A stretch of 64,000 nt of DNA, from the NCBI GenBank assembly GCA_965248435.1, contig OZ252100.1, positions 3,776,001 through 3,840,000 of the forward strand. Reading direction: 5' to 3'. Within the stretch, counting starts at the first letter, position 1. The number at the start of each line of letters is the position of its first letter. Shown here piece by piece: positions 18,875-29,110 of the stretch. The position numbers were made by a program, and so were the translations under genes. This DNA is from Candidatus Latescibacterota bacterium. Its GTDB lineage: Bacteria > Latescibacterota > UBA2968 > GCA-2709665. Below the pieces are notes generated by a model. The model had not been told where the DNA came from and ran no database searches. It worked only from the letters and a program-made list of their open reading frames with translations.

Positions 18875-20899
18875 ATGCAGGCCACATTCGACGCGTTCTT
18901 GAAGCTGGCCCCGCCTTCACTGGCTGGGTTCATCGAGCGAACGGAGCTGTTTTCGGTGATGATGGGAGAATCGGCCGTTTCGTGGACGGAGGACCAGGTC
19001 GAGCAGGTATCGGAGAATACCTGGGAGCTCGGGTTCAGCAGCGACGCCGGGCTGGATGCGATCTGCCACGTGGAGGTCGTTCCGGAGTACGGCGCGGTGG
19101 AATACCAGCTCACGCTGACGAACACCTCCGCAGAGCGCTCCAAGCCGATTTCGGACCTGTGGGCGCTGAGCCTGACGCTGTCCGGGTTCGAGGGCATTCC
19201 TAAGATCGTGAGCAGCTCTGGTGGTGCCTACGGGAAGCTCCAGGGCTATCCGGGGAGGGAGGCCTGGTGGGTGCGCACGGATATGCCGATGTCGGGGTTC
19301 GGACCTGAGTTCAGCCACGGGCCGGCGGACGGCGTTTCCTCGGACCAGGATCTACCGATCTTTCTGGCCACGGCGGGCGCCCAGCCGGATGCACCAGGAC
19401 TCTTTCTGGGCCTGGAGTGGTCCGGGCTGTGGCACGCGCACTTCAAGACGCTAAACCTGGGCCAGGCGGAGGAACGGACGGACGAAAAACGGCGTTATAC
19501 GCGCTTTGAACCCGGCCTCAGTCTGAAGCTCGGCCCCGGAGTGGATGGACTGGTCCTGGAACCGGGCGAGAGCCTGAAGCTTCCGCGCGTTCACGTCGGC
19601 TTCTTCGAGGGGGACATCGACGCCGGCAGCAACGCCCTTCGCCGCTACATTTCAGGTTATCTGATCCCTCCACTCGAGGGGATGGCGCTCCCTCAGGTGA
19701 CCTATTCCTACTGGCCGGGGAACCGGGATCCTTTCACGGAGGACGAGCTGGTTCGGCACATGGACGTGAGCGCGGAACTCGGCATCGAGACCGCAAACGT
19801 GGACGTGGCCTGGGTCAGAGGTCACCATCCCAGGAGCCACGGTAACTGGCCGGAAGATCCGGATAAGTGGCCGAGCGGGATCGAGGCCTTCGCGGAACAC
19901 GCCCGCGCGAAGGGGATCGGGTTGGGGCTGTTCATCGAGATGGAGGTCGTTGCCGAGGGGACGGATTTCTGGAACGAAAAACCGCACCTGCTCTTCCCGG
20001 ACCCGCGAAAGGGGGCGCACGACTTCAAGTTCAGGGGATTCCGATACCGCCTGATGAACTACGCGCTTCCGGAAACGTGCGATACGGTGTTCGAGATGGT
20101 CAGCGGACTGATCGAGCGACTGAAGCTTAGGTACATCCACTGGGAGTGTGACCAGGCGCCCCTACCGACGTGGCAGGCCGTGGATCCGACGGGGAAAATC
20201 CAGTTCGCGTTTTATGAGGGCTTGTATTCGGTGTGGGAGCGGCTGCTGGAGCGGCACCCCGACCTCTTCATTCAGAACAACCTGGTCGGGGCACACCGAC
20301 TCGACCTGGGTGTCCTGCGGCGGTCCCACGGAGGCTGGGCCACCGAAATCATGAGCGATCCGCACCGGTGCCGCAGGATGCAGCTGAGCGGGAACACCTT
20401 CATCCCGGCGAGTCACCTCGGGATGATTCTGTCGCCCAAGCCGCTGAAGGTCCATATCGGCGCGGATGAGGAGATCTCGGACCTGTCCTGCATCAGCCGA
20501 ATGGCGGGAATGCTTTTTGTAAGCGCCAGGATGGAAGAGATCGAGGCGGCGCCCCTGGCGAACCTGAAGCACTGGATCGGGGTCTACAAGCGGTTCCGGC
20601 ATCTGCTGATGAAGGACTATTACCACCTGACGGCCCAGCCGCAGGACGAGACGGACTGGGACGCCGGGCAGTTCTGTGACGGGACGAAAGAGGGCATCGT
20701 GCTGGTCTTTCGGTATTATGGCAGGATGGACCGGCGAGAGATAAGGATGAGATCGCTCGATCCGGAGAGCCAGTATCGTGTGACGAACGAGAAATCGGGC
20801 GAAGCGGAGGAGTTTTCGGGAGAGGACCTGATGTCGCGGGGTCTTCCGGTGGAGCTGGAGGCCAATGATGCCAGGTTTTTCTCCTACAAAAAGTTGTGA
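18875..20899 (+). CDS. GH36 alpha-galactosidase-like protein with atypical catalytic residues
   Basis: GLEWSGLW, SDQDLP, VTYSYW, KWPSGI, HRLDLG, GH36-like C-terminal domain. Confidence 0.75.
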   Translation: MQATFDAFLKLAPPSLAGFIERTELFSVMMGESAVSWTEDQVEQVSENTWELGFSSDAGLDAICHVEVVPEYGAVEYQLTLTNTSAERSKPISDLWALSLTLSGFEGIPKIVSSSGGAYGKLQGYPGREAWWVRTDMPMSGFGPEFSHGPADGVSSDQDLPIFLATAGAQPDAPGLFLGLEWSGLWHAHFKTLNLGQAEERTDEKRRYTRFEPGLSLKLGPGVDGLVLEPGESLKLPRVHVGFFEGDIDAGSNALRRYISGYLIPPLEGMALPQVTYSYWPGNRDPFTEDELVRHMDVSAELGIETANVDVAWVRGHHPRSHGNWPEDPDKWPSGIEAFAEHARAKGIGLGLFIEMEVVAEGTDFWNEKPHLLFPDPRKGAHDFKFRGFRYRLMNYALPETCDTVFEMVSGLIERLKLRYIHWECDQAPLPTWQAVDPTGKIQFAFYEGLYSVWERLLERHPDLFIQNNLVGAHRLDLGVLRRSHGGWATEIMSDPHRCRRMQLSGNTFIPASHLGMILSPKPLKVHIGADEEISDLSCISRMAGMLFVSARMEEIEAAPLANLKHWIGVYKRFRHLLMKDYYHLTAQPQDETDWDAGQFCDGTKEGIVLVFRYYGRMDRREIRMRSLDPESQYRVTNEKSGEAEEFSGEDLMSRGLPVELEANDARFFSYKKL

Positions 20900-20933
20900 T
20901 CATTTTTTTCGACAGGAACCTCGCAACCTAATC

Positions 20934-21096
20934 TGTCATTCCGAGCGTGAGCGAGGAATCTCAACAGTCTACGCAGCAGCTGATACTTCAAGAGATTAAT
21001 CAGTGAGCATTCCCTCTTGAGATTCCTCGTCGCCGCAAATACGCCAAGTTTTTGGCAAAGCGTGATCTGACTCTGCAAAGGCTCCTCGGAATGACA
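20934..21096. repeat. TGTCATTCCGAG...CTCGGAATGACA palindromic element, copy 2
   Basis: Same architecture as 18668-18833. Confidence 0.85.
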
Positions 21097-21148
21097 TGCT
21101 CATCCGAAGTGTATGGTGACGTAGTTGCTGCAGGAAATCGGAGCTGAG

Positions 21149-23158
21149 ATGCAAGCCACATTCGACGCATTCCTGAAGCCGGCTCCACGTTCTCTTTCCC
21201 GGTTTATCGAACGGACGGAGCTGTTCTCTGTGATGATGGGGGAAGAGACGGTTTCGTGGACAGAGGACCAGGTTGACCAGGTATCCGAGAATACCTGGGA
21301 GCTTGGGTTCAGCAGCGACGCTGGGATGGATGCGGCCTGCCACCTGGAGGTGATTCCCGACTATGGCGCGGTGGAGTACCAGATCACGCTGACGAACAGC
21401 TCGTCGGAGCGCTGCAAGCCGATTTCAGACCTGTGGGCGCTGAGCCTGACGCTGTTCGGGTTCGAAGGCGTTCCAAAGATCGTGAGCAGCTCCGGCGGCC
21501 CGTACGACAAAGGGTTCGGCTATCCGGCGAGGGACGTCTGGTGGGTGCGCACGGATCTGCCGATGTCGACGGTGAGGTTCAGCCACGGGCCAGCGGACGG
21601 CGTATCCTCAGACCAGGACCTGCCGATCTTTCTGGCCACGGCGGGCTCCGGGTCGGGCGCGCCCGGCCTCTTTCTCGGCCTCGAGTGGTCCGGGCTGTGG
21701 CACGCCGAATTGGGGACGTTGAACCGGGGAAATCTCGAACCACGGACGGACGAGAAACGGCCCTACCACCGCTTCGTCCCCGGCCTGGGTCTGAAGCTCG
21801 GACCCTGGTTAGATGGAGCGGTCCTCGAGAGTGGCGAGACCCTGAAGCTTCCTGCGGTTCACGTCGGTTACTTCGAGGGCGGCGTGGATGCCGGGAGCAA
21901 CGCACTCCGCAAATATATCGCGGGTCGTGTCATCCCTCCCCTCCGCGGCGCGGCGCTCCCTCCCGTGACCTACTCCTTCTGGCCTGGAAACCGTGAGCCG
22001 TTTGTCGAGGCCGACCTGTATCGGCAAATGGACATCAGCGCTGAGCTGGGCGTGGAGATGGCTAATGTCGACGTGTGGTGGTGCGAGGGCAGTGGCGCTG
22101 GATACTGGCCGGAGGCCCCGGAGAAGTGGCCGCGCGGTATAGAGGCGTTTGGGGAACACGTCCACTCCAAGGGCATCGGGTGGGGGCTCTACATCGACCT
22201 GGAAGTGATCAAGGAGGGGACGACGTTCTGGAACGAATACCCCAACCTGCTCTTCCCCAGCGCGCTGAGAGGCCCGAGCGATCGGAAATTCATGCGGCCC
22301 ACATACCGGCTGGTGAATTATGCGCTTCCCGAGGCGTGTAACACCGTGTTCGAGATGGTGAGCGAACTGCTCGAGCGCCTGAAGCAGAGATACATTCACT
22401 GGGAGTGTACCCAGGGGCCGCTGAAAACCTGGGAGGCCGTGGACCCGACGGGGAAGATCCAGTTCGCGTACTACGAAGGGTTGTATTCGGTGTGGGAGCG
22501 GCTGCTGGAGCGGCACCCCGATCTCTTCATTCAGAACAATTTCGTAGGGGCGCATCGAGTTGACCTGGGCGTGGTGAGGCGGTCCCACGGATGCTGGGCC
22601 ACCGAAGTCATGGGCGAACCACACCGGTGTCGACGAATGCTCCTGAGCGGGAACACGTTCCTTCCGGGGAGTTACCTCGGCACGATCCTGGCGCACAAGC
22701 CGCTGAAGAACCATGTCGGCACGGACGAGGAGATGTCGGATCTGTCCTGCATCAGCCGGATGGCGGGACTGTTCTTCATCAGCGCAAGGTTCGAGGACCT
22801 CGATGAGGCGCAGCTGGCGAACCTCAAACACTGGATCGGGGTCTACAAGCGGTTCAGGCATCTGCTGATGAAGGACTATTATCACCTGACGCCGCAGCCG
22901 CAGGACGAGGCGGATTGGGACGTGGGACAGTTCTGCGATGGGACGAAAGAGGGAATCGTGCTGGTTTTTCGGTATTACGGCACGACGGACCTGCAGGAGA
23001 TAAGGATGAGATCGCTGGATCCAGAGACCAGGTATCGTGTGACCAACGAGAAGTCGGGCGAGGCGGAGGAGTATTCTGGAGAGGACCTGATGTCGCGGGG
23101 TCTTCCGGTGGAGCTGGAGGCGAACGACGCGCGGTATCTCTCTTATGCGGCGGTGTGA
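21149..23158 (+). CDS. GH36-like protein, tandem paralogue
   Basis: MQATFDAFLK start identical to 18875; same motifs. Confidence 0.75.
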   Translation: MQATFDAFLKPAPRSLSRFIERTELFSVMMGEETVSWTEDQVDQVSENTWELGFSSDAGMDAACHLEVIPDYGAVEYQITLTNSSSERCKPISDLWALSLTLFGFEGVPKIVSSSGGPYDKGFGYPARDVWWVRTDLPMSTVRFSHGPADGVSSDQDLPIFLATAGSGSGAPGLFLGLEWSGLWHAELGTLNRGNLEPRTDEKRPYHRFVPGLGLKLGPWLDGAVLESGETLKLPAVHVGYFEGGVDAGSNALRKYIAGRVIPPLRGAALPPVTYSFWPGNREPFVEADLYRQMDISAELGVEMANVDVWWCEGSGAGYWPEAPEKWPRGIEAFGEHVHSKGIGWGLYIDLEVIKEGTTFWNEYPNLLFPSALRGPSDRKFMRPTYRLVNYALPEACNTVFEMVSELLERLKQRYIHWECTQGPLKTWEAVDPTGKIQFAYYEGLYSVWERLLERHPDLFIQNNFVGAHRVDLGVVRRSHGCWATEVMGEPHRCRRMLLSGNTFLPGSYLGTILAHKPLKNHVGTDEEMSDLSCISRMAGLFFISARFEDLDEAQLANLKHWIGVYKRFRHLLMKDYYHLTPQPQDEADWDVGQFCDGTKEGIVLVFRYYGTTDLQEIRMRSLDPETRYRVTNEKSGEAEEYSGEDLMSRGLPVELEANDARYLSYAAV

Positions 23159-23219
23159 ACGTGCTTCTATATCCTGATATCAGATGGCGGAGCAAATCCC
23201 CCCTGCCCCCCTTTGCAAA

Positions 23220-24541
23220 GGTTCTTCGTCAAATGTTGGGGTAGAAAATAGACGAGACAACGGCATCCGACCTATCTTCAGAGTATCCTCTATAAACCTG
23301 AAGGTAGAAAGGAGAGCGCGTTGTCTCAGGTGCAAAGTATATCCTTACTGGGTAGGTGGCAAGGGTTTGTGGTAGTTGGCATTCAACGTCAGGAAGCAGA
23401 CGTTGTTGGAGTCGAGTTACGTCCCAAGACAGGCCGCCTTCCTCGGTGTGGTGGTTGCGGGAAGAAGGCGTACCGGGTTCATGATTGGGCAGTGCGATTT
23501 GCTCAGGATTTGCCGATCTGGGGGTCTCGAACCAGGCTGATCGTGCACTCCCGGCGCGTCCTATGTCCCCGATGTGGCTGCCGGACGGAGCAGATTGACT
23601 GGCTGGATCGGTATTCACGGGTCACTCAACGCCTGGCTGAAAGTGTTGTTCGATTGTGCGAAGTCCTGCCCATCCAGCACGTGGCACAGCACTATGGGAT
23701 GAGCTGGAATACCGTGAAGCGCATTCACAAGACCCATCTCCAGCAAGAGCTGGAACCGCCGGATTTTGCCAGGGTCACGGTGATCGGCATGGACGAATTT
23801 GCGATCCAAAAGGGCCATCGCTACGCCACAGTGATTGTTGACATGGAGACCAAGCGTGTCCTATGGGTGGGTCGCGGCCGAAGTCGAGAGGACATCCGCC
23901 CGTTTTTCCACCTCCTTGGAGAAGAAGGCTGCAAGCAACTTGAGGCCGTGGCGATGGACATGAACGGTGCCTACGAAGAGGAGGTGCGATCCCATTGTCC
24001 GGATGTGGACATCATCTATGACCTGTATCACGTTAAAGCCAAGTACAACCGCGACGTCGTCGAGCGAGTACGCATCGACGAACTGGGTCGGGTGCGCGGT
24101 GGCCGACCCGATCGCAAAGTGACTCAGAACCAACGGTGGTTGCTCCTGCGCAGCAAAGCAAATGTCACGAGCAAAGAAGACAGAGTGTCGCTAAGAGAAT
24201 TGCTTTCTGCAAACAAACGCCTCTACACGGTATACCTCCTCAAAGAGGATCTCAATCATCTCTGGTCTTATCGATCCAGAGCTGCGGCCAACAGATTCTG
24301 GAATCAGTGGTATCGACGCGCCATCTACAGCAAGATCGAGCCACTCAAGAAATTCGCACGCAATCTGAAGACGTATATGCCAGGAATCCTAGCTCACTGT
24401 GACTATCCCATCGGGACAAGCCTGATTGAGGGAATTAACAACAAAATCAAGGTCATCAAGCGGATGGCATATGGCTTCAGGGATGATAATTATTTCTTTC
24501 TTAGAATCCGCCACGCCTTCCCCGGAAATCGGTGATGAACC
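23220..24541 (+). mobile_element. ISL3-family insertion sequence, copy 2 (1322 bp)
   Basis: Same IRs as copy 1; flanks tttgcaaa / tttgctaa(a) inside a cccccc..gggggg hairpin. Confidence 0.95.
23321..24535 (+). CDS. ISL3 family transposase
   Basis: Protein identical to 9199..10413. Confidence 0.95.
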   Translation: MSQVQSISLLGRWQGFVVVGIQRQEADVVGVELRPKTGRLPRCGGCGKKAYRVHDWAVRFAQDLPIWGSRTRLIVHSRRVLCPRCGCRTEQIDWLDRYSRVTQRLAESVVRLCEVLPIQHVAQHYGMSWNTVKRIHKTHLQQELEPPDFARVTVIGMDEFAIQKGHRYATVIVDMETKRVLWVGRGRSREDIRPFFHLLGEEGCKQLEAVAMDMNGAYEEEVRSHCPDVDIIYDLYHVKAKYNRDVVERVRIDELGRVRGGRPDRKVTQNQRWLLLRSKANVTSKEDRVSLRELLSANKRLYTVYLLKEDLNHLWSYRSRAAANRFWNQWYRRAIYSKIEPLKKFARNLKTYMPGILAHCDYPIGTSLIEGINNKIKVIKRMAYGFRDDNYFFLRIRHAFPGNR

Positions 24542-24701
24542 TTTGCTAAAGGGGGGAGGTTACTCCGACTGACATAGTACCCATCAGAGAAATAGATTCT
24601 TCCCCCTCTGGAAAAGCATGTCCCGGGCTTGCGGAGGGAGAGGACTGAGGGGGATTTGTTTCGCGTAAAGTAATAGTCTCGGAGAAAGGGAGTTTCGCAC
24701 T

Positions 24702-26222
24702 ATGGAACTGAGTGAACTGAGAGCGCAGCGAGAGCAGGCCAAACACCGGAAGCGGCGGATCATCTTCAACAACGACGGCTGCGATGTCGTCTACAACCTC
24801 AAAGAGGTCAGTCCCGAGGCGCTGCTTGCCGACCGTACGACGGGACTGATCGGGTCGCACGTAGACTCGATCTTCTACTGCCCCTGGAGCGCCGGGCTGG
24901 GTCACGTGTCCTACATCAGCGATGTCGCGGAACCGTTCCTCGCGAAGACGCGTGTGTTCGCGCCGAACTTGATCGGGGCGTTCCACGAGGCAGGTCTGGA
25001 TCCTCTTCAGATTATGATCGACTTCTGCAGGGAGAACGGGATCGAGATCTTCATGTCCATGCGGATGAACGACGTCCACGACTCCCAGCTGCGGTGGACG
25101 GAGATGATTCCTCAGTTCAAGAAGGACCACCCGGAGTTACTGCACGGATCGCTGGAAGACCCACCCGCATTCGGACTCTGGTCCGGGCTGAATTACGACG
25201 AGCCGGAGGTTCAGGAGCGGGCATTCGAGCTGCTGGAGGATGTCTGCAAGCGGTACGACGTGGACGGCATCGAGCTGGACTGGCTGCGCCACCCGCCGCA
25301 CTTCAAATGCAGCGCGAACGGGGAGGACTGCACGCAGTTGGAGCGGGAGATCATGACGGGCCTGCACCGTCGCATTCGCGAGATGACGGAGCAGGTCGGC
25401 CTGAAGCGGGGCCGGCCGATGCTCGTCGCGGAGCGCCTTCCGGCCTCTGTTGCGTGCTGCGAGGCGATGGGCCTGGACGTGAGGGCGTGGCTGAAGGAGG
25501 ATCTGGTGGATCTACTGGTCCCCGGTGAGATGGAGCTGGCGCCGTGGGAGACTTGGGTCGAGCTGGGCCGCGAGCACGGCGTGCCGGTCTATCCGGATCT
25601 GACCTGGTCGGGATCCAGGCGGCGTCAGGGGCCGCCCGAGGCGCAGGACGGGATCGCCCTCAGGAACTTCCGCGCCCGGGCGATGAACGTCTGGCACGCG
25701 GGCGCGGACGGGATTCACACCTTCAACCTGTTCGATCCCTCGAGCGCGGTCTGGCGTGAGGTGGGTGAGCCGGAAGTCCTTGCAGGGTTGGACAAGGACT
25801 ATTTCCCGGACGGTCATTTTCGGTTTCTGCTGGGGCGGGAGATCAAAGGCCTGCTTCGTTTTTACGAGTATCCGACTGCGCTGGACCCGGAGCGTCCCAT
25901 GAAGCTCGACCCGACCCGGCCTTTGACGGTGGTTATGACGATTGGCGAAGACCCGTCCGGAAAGGGCTCGGGATCCAATGCCAGCGTGACGCTGAGCGTC
26001 CGCGTCGACGGTCTGACCGAAGCGGACCGTCTGGAAGTCAGGCTGAACGACCGCGCTCTTTCGAACGGCGATCTCCAGGAGGAATGGGTCAGCTACGGCG
26101 TCGAGCCGGAGCGGATCCGAAAAGGGGCGAACACCATCAAGGTGATCAACCGGGATCCGTCCAACAAAGTCCTTCTGAAGGACGTTCACGTGCGGATCGT
26201 TTATTCCAATTATCAAAAGTAG
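24702..26222 (+). CDS. GHL10-like TIM-barrel protein (second subfamily)
   Basis: RRIIFNNDG, RMNDVHD, YDVDGIELDWLR, GADGIHTFN. Confidence 0.75.
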   Translation: MELSELRAQREQAKHRKRRIIFNNDGCDVVYNLKEVSPEALLADRTTGLIGSHVDSIFYCPWSAGLGHVSYISDVAEPFLAKTRVFAPNLIGAFHEAGLDPLQIMIDFCRENGIEIFMSMRMNDVHDSQLRWTEMIPQFKKDHPELLHGSLEDPPAFGLWSGLNYDEPEVQERAFELLEDVCKRYDVDGIELDWLRHPPHFKCSANGEDCTQLEREIMTGLHRRIREMTEQVGLKRGRPMLVAERLPASVACCEAMGLDVRAWLKEDLVDLLVPGEMELAPWETWVELGREHGVPVYPDLTWSGSRRRQGPPEAQDGIALRNFRARAMNVWHAGADGIHTFNLFDPSSAVWREVGEPEVLAGLDKDYFPDGHFRFLLGREIKGLLRFYEYPTALDPERPMKLDPTRPLTVVMTIGEDPSGKGSGSNASVTLSVRVDGLTEADRLEVRLNDRALSNGDLQEEWVSYGVEPERIRKGANTIKVINRDPSNKVLLKDVHVRIVYSNYQK

Positions 26223-26225
26223 GCG

Positions 26226-26309
26226 CTGGAGTGATGGGAGAATGGAGTATTGGAGTAATGGAAAGGCAGGTCTTGCAACACTCCACTACTCCAGTACCGC
26301 ATTACTCCA
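26226..26309. repeat. Inverted octamer arrays (TGGAGTAA.. / ..TACTCCA)
   Basis: tggagtgatgggagaatggagtattggagtaatgg ... cactccactactccagtaccgcattactcca. Confidence 0.8.
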
Positions 26310-26334
26310 GAATCGAACGGAGACGCGCGGCAAC

Positions 26335-27918
26335 ATGAAACTTGGCGAGTTGAGAAAGAGACGCGAGCTGGCCGCCCATCGCAGGCGGCGCGTGATCTTC
26401 AACAACGACGGCAATACTATAATGTACAGACTCGGCGACGACGATATCAGTCGCGAGGCGCTCCTGGCCGACCGAACGACGCCCCTCCTCGGCACGCACG
26501 TGGATTCGATCTTCTACTGCACGAGCGCCGGCCTGGGGATGAGTACCCACATGAGCGAGGTCTCGGAGCCTTTCATTTCGAGGGAGGGGGTCTTCGAGGC
26601 GAACCAGACGAGGGCGTTTCACGAGGCGGGCTTGGACCCGCTGGAGATCATGGTCGACTTCTGCAGGGCGAACGAGATCGAGGTCTTCTGGTCGATGCGG
26701 ATGAACGACATTCACGACTCCTACCCGCTGTGGCACATGCTGGGGTCGCAGTTCAAGAAGGACAACCCACAGCTGCTCTTCGGGTCGCTGGCGGAACCTC
26801 CCGCCTTCGGATTCTGGTCAGGGGCGGCCTACGACGAGGCTGAGGTCCGAGAAAAGGCGTTCCGGATGCAGGAGGATGTCTGCAAGAGGTACGACGTGGA
26901 CGGGATCGAGATGGACTGGATGCGCCACCCGCCTCACTTCAGATGCAACGCGGACGGGGAGGACTGTACGCAGGCGGAGCGGGATGTGATGACCGACTTT
27001 CATCGCCGGATTCGCGAGATGACCGAACAGATCGGCCTGGAGCGGGGCCGCCCGATCCTCGTCGCGGTGAGGATTCCGGCCTCGGTTTCGTGCTGCGAGG
27101 CGATCGGCCTTGACGTGACGAGATGGCTGGAGGAGGGTCTGGTGGACCTGCTGATTCCGGGCGAGTGGGAGCTGGCGCCCTGGGACGGTTTGGTGGCGCT
27201 GGGCCACAGGCACGGCGTGCCTGTCTATCCCTGCCTGAGCTGGTCCGGGTCCAAGCGGCGCGAGGGCCCGCCCGGCACGCAGGACGGGCTCCCGACGAGA
27301 CACTTTCGATCGCGCGTCATGAACGTCTGGCACTCGGGCGCCGACGGCGTCTACACCTTCAATTATTTCGACCTGGTCGCCAATCGGCCGGGGATGAGAG
27401 GCCAGAAACGCCGCAAGGACGATCCAGAGAGCTCGGGGTGGCGAGAGATGGGAGACCCCGATTTTCTCACACGGCTCGACAAGGATTACCTCCCGGACGG
27501 ACATTTCCGATTTCTGATCGGACGTGAAGTCAGAGACCTCCTCCGCTTCCTGGAGCTGCCCACCGCGCTGGACCCCGAGATTCCGCAGAAGCTGGAACCT
27601 ACGCGGCCTTTCACTGTGAAGATGACGATCGGTGAGGATCCCTCTGCCCACGGCCCCGAATCCAGACCCGAGGTGACGCTCAGCGTTCAGGCAGAGGGCA
27701 TGACCACCGCGGACGGCGTGGAGGTAAGGCTGAATGATCGCGATGTTTCAGGCGCGTCTCTCAATGGCGAATGGGTCAGCTACGGCATCGAGCCCGAGCG
27801 GATCCGGAAGGGCGCGAACACGGTAAGAGTCATAAACCGGGACCCCTCCAACAAGGGGATCGTCCTCAAGAACGTCCACGTGCGTATTGCCCATCCGGGC
27901 AACAATGACAACGGATAG
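26335..27918 (+). CDS. GHL10-like TIM-barrel protein, tandem paralogue of 24702
   Basis: MKLGELR start aligns with MELSELR; YDVDGIEMDWMR. Confidence 0.75.
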   Translation: MKLGELRKRRELAAHRRRRVIFNNDGNTIMYRLGDDDISREALLADRTTPLLGTHVDSIFYCTSAGLGMSTHMSEVSEPFISREGVFEANQTRAFHEAGLDPLEIMVDFCRANEIEVFWSMRMNDIHDSYPLWHMLGSQFKKDNPQLLFGSLAEPPAFGFWSGAAYDEAEVREKAFRMQEDVCKRYDVDGIEMDWMRHPPHFRCNADGEDCTQAERDVMTDFHRRIREMTEQIGLERGRPILVAVRIPASVSCCEAIGLDVTRWLEEGLVDLLIPGEWELAPWDGLVALGHRHGVPVYPCLSWSGSKRREGPPGTQDGLPTRHFRSRVMNVWHSGADGVYTFNYFDLVANRPGMRGQKRRKDDPESSGWREMGDPDFLTRLDKDYLPDGHFRFLIGREVRDLLRFLELPTALDPEIPQKLEPTRPFTVKMTIGEDPSAHGPESRPEVTLSVQAEGMTTADGVEVRLNDRDVSGASLNGEWVSYGIEPERIRKGANTVRVINRDPSNKGIVLKNVHVRIAHPGNNDNG

Positions 27919-27951
27919 CCGACGACAGTCGGGGAAGTTTATGGTGAGCGT

Positions 27952-28935
27952 ATGAAGCATCGAAGATTCGGAAATACCGGGCTGGAGGTGTCAGAGATCG
28001 GCCTCGGCGCCTTCCCGATCGCCGGGCTGCGCAAGCGGGAGGACGGAACATACTACGGGTGGACGGGAACGAACGACGAGGAGTCGATCGCGCTTCTCCA
28101 CAGGGCCGAGGAGCTGGGTGTAAACCTGATCGATTCCGCGGAGGGCTACGGGGGCGGACACAGCGAGGTCCTGGCGGGAAGGGCCCTGAAGGGCCGGAGA
28201 GACAGGTGGATCATCGCCACGAAGGTCGCGCCCAATCAGGGAATCGAGGAGGGGCAAGTGGATGAAGCGGCCGTCCGAAAGCGGATCCGTGAGGCGTGTG
28301 AAGGCAGTCTGGAGCGGCTGGACACCCATTGGATCGACCTGTACCAGCTTCACGCCGTGCCCCACGAATGGGCCATGCCGGCAGTGATGGAGACGCTGGA
28401 GGCGCTGAAGCAGGAGGGCAAGGTGAGATGGTACGGGATTTCGATCAACGATCGGGCGGCGATCGACAAGCTGCGGGCGTTGGGCCCTATCGACGTCCTG
28501 CAGATCGGCTACAACCTGATCGAACGGGATGCCGATGCGCTGCTCCACTGGGCCAAAGCGCAGGAGATCGGGACGCTGATCCGGGTCCCCCTGGCGAAGG
28601 GATGGCTGAGCGGAAACTACCACGGCCCGAACGCCAAAAGCCTCACGAAGGAGGACGTGCGTTTCGTGCGGTTCAACCGGCCCGAATCGGTCGACGCGCT
28701 GAAGAAACTTCCCCAGCTCGACTTTATCGCCAGGCCGGACCGGACGATGGCGCAGGCGGCGCTTCGGTTCGTCCTGGACCATCCCGGGGTTTCGTCCGTG
28801 ATTGCCGGTGCGAAGAACAGAGAGCAGATCGAGGAGAATGTAGCGGCTTGTGACGTCGCGTCATTGTCCGATGACGAGCGGAAGCGCGCCTTCGAGATCG
28901 CAGATACGATTACGACGCCAGGTTGGATAGGGTAG
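27952..28935 (+). CDS. Aldo/keto reductase
   Basis: FGNTGLEVSEIGLG, DSAEGYG, IATK, SLERL..IDLYQLH, PLAKG. Confidence 0.92.
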   Translation: MKHRRFGNTGLEVSEIGLGAFPIAGLRKREDGTYYGWTGTNDEESIALLHRAEELGVNLIDSAEGYGGGHSEVLAGRALKGRRDRWIIATKVAPNQGIEEGQVDEAAVRKRIREACEGSLERLDTHWIDLYQLHAVPHEWAMPAVMETLEALKQEGKVRWYGISINDRAAIDKLRALGPIDVLQIGYNLIERDADALLHWAKAQEIGTLIRVPLAKGWLSGNYHGPNAKSLTKEDVRFVRFNRPESVDALKKLPQLDFIARPDRTMAQAALRFVLDHPGVSSVIAGAKNREQIEENVAACDVASLSDDERKRAFEIADTITTPGWIG

Positions 28936-28956
28936 ATCTGAACCATTTTGCTAGTA

Positions 28957-29023
28957 CCGGCCCCTCGATACGATTTCGATTCTCGGCCTCTGGCCGCGAA
29001 TCGAAATCACTCGGGGATGCGGT
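28957..29023. repeat. Long imperfect hairpin (REP-like or terminator)
   Basis: accggcccctcgatacgatttcgattc..gaatcgaaatcactcggggatgcggt. Confidence 0.6.
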
Positions 29024-29110
29024 AGTTTTCGTTTTAGTGATTCCAGCGCAGTGAAACAGTCATAAGAGCAACAATAATAACCAGGACATCTTTACTTAGT
29101 GAGGAGCGCC

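Noticed and set aside
26242-26334. Upstream starts in the ORF track (also 7407, 21125, 35447, 48956, 53452, 58561, 61223)
   Set aside because: Paralogue alignment and RBS position favour the downstream starts used here
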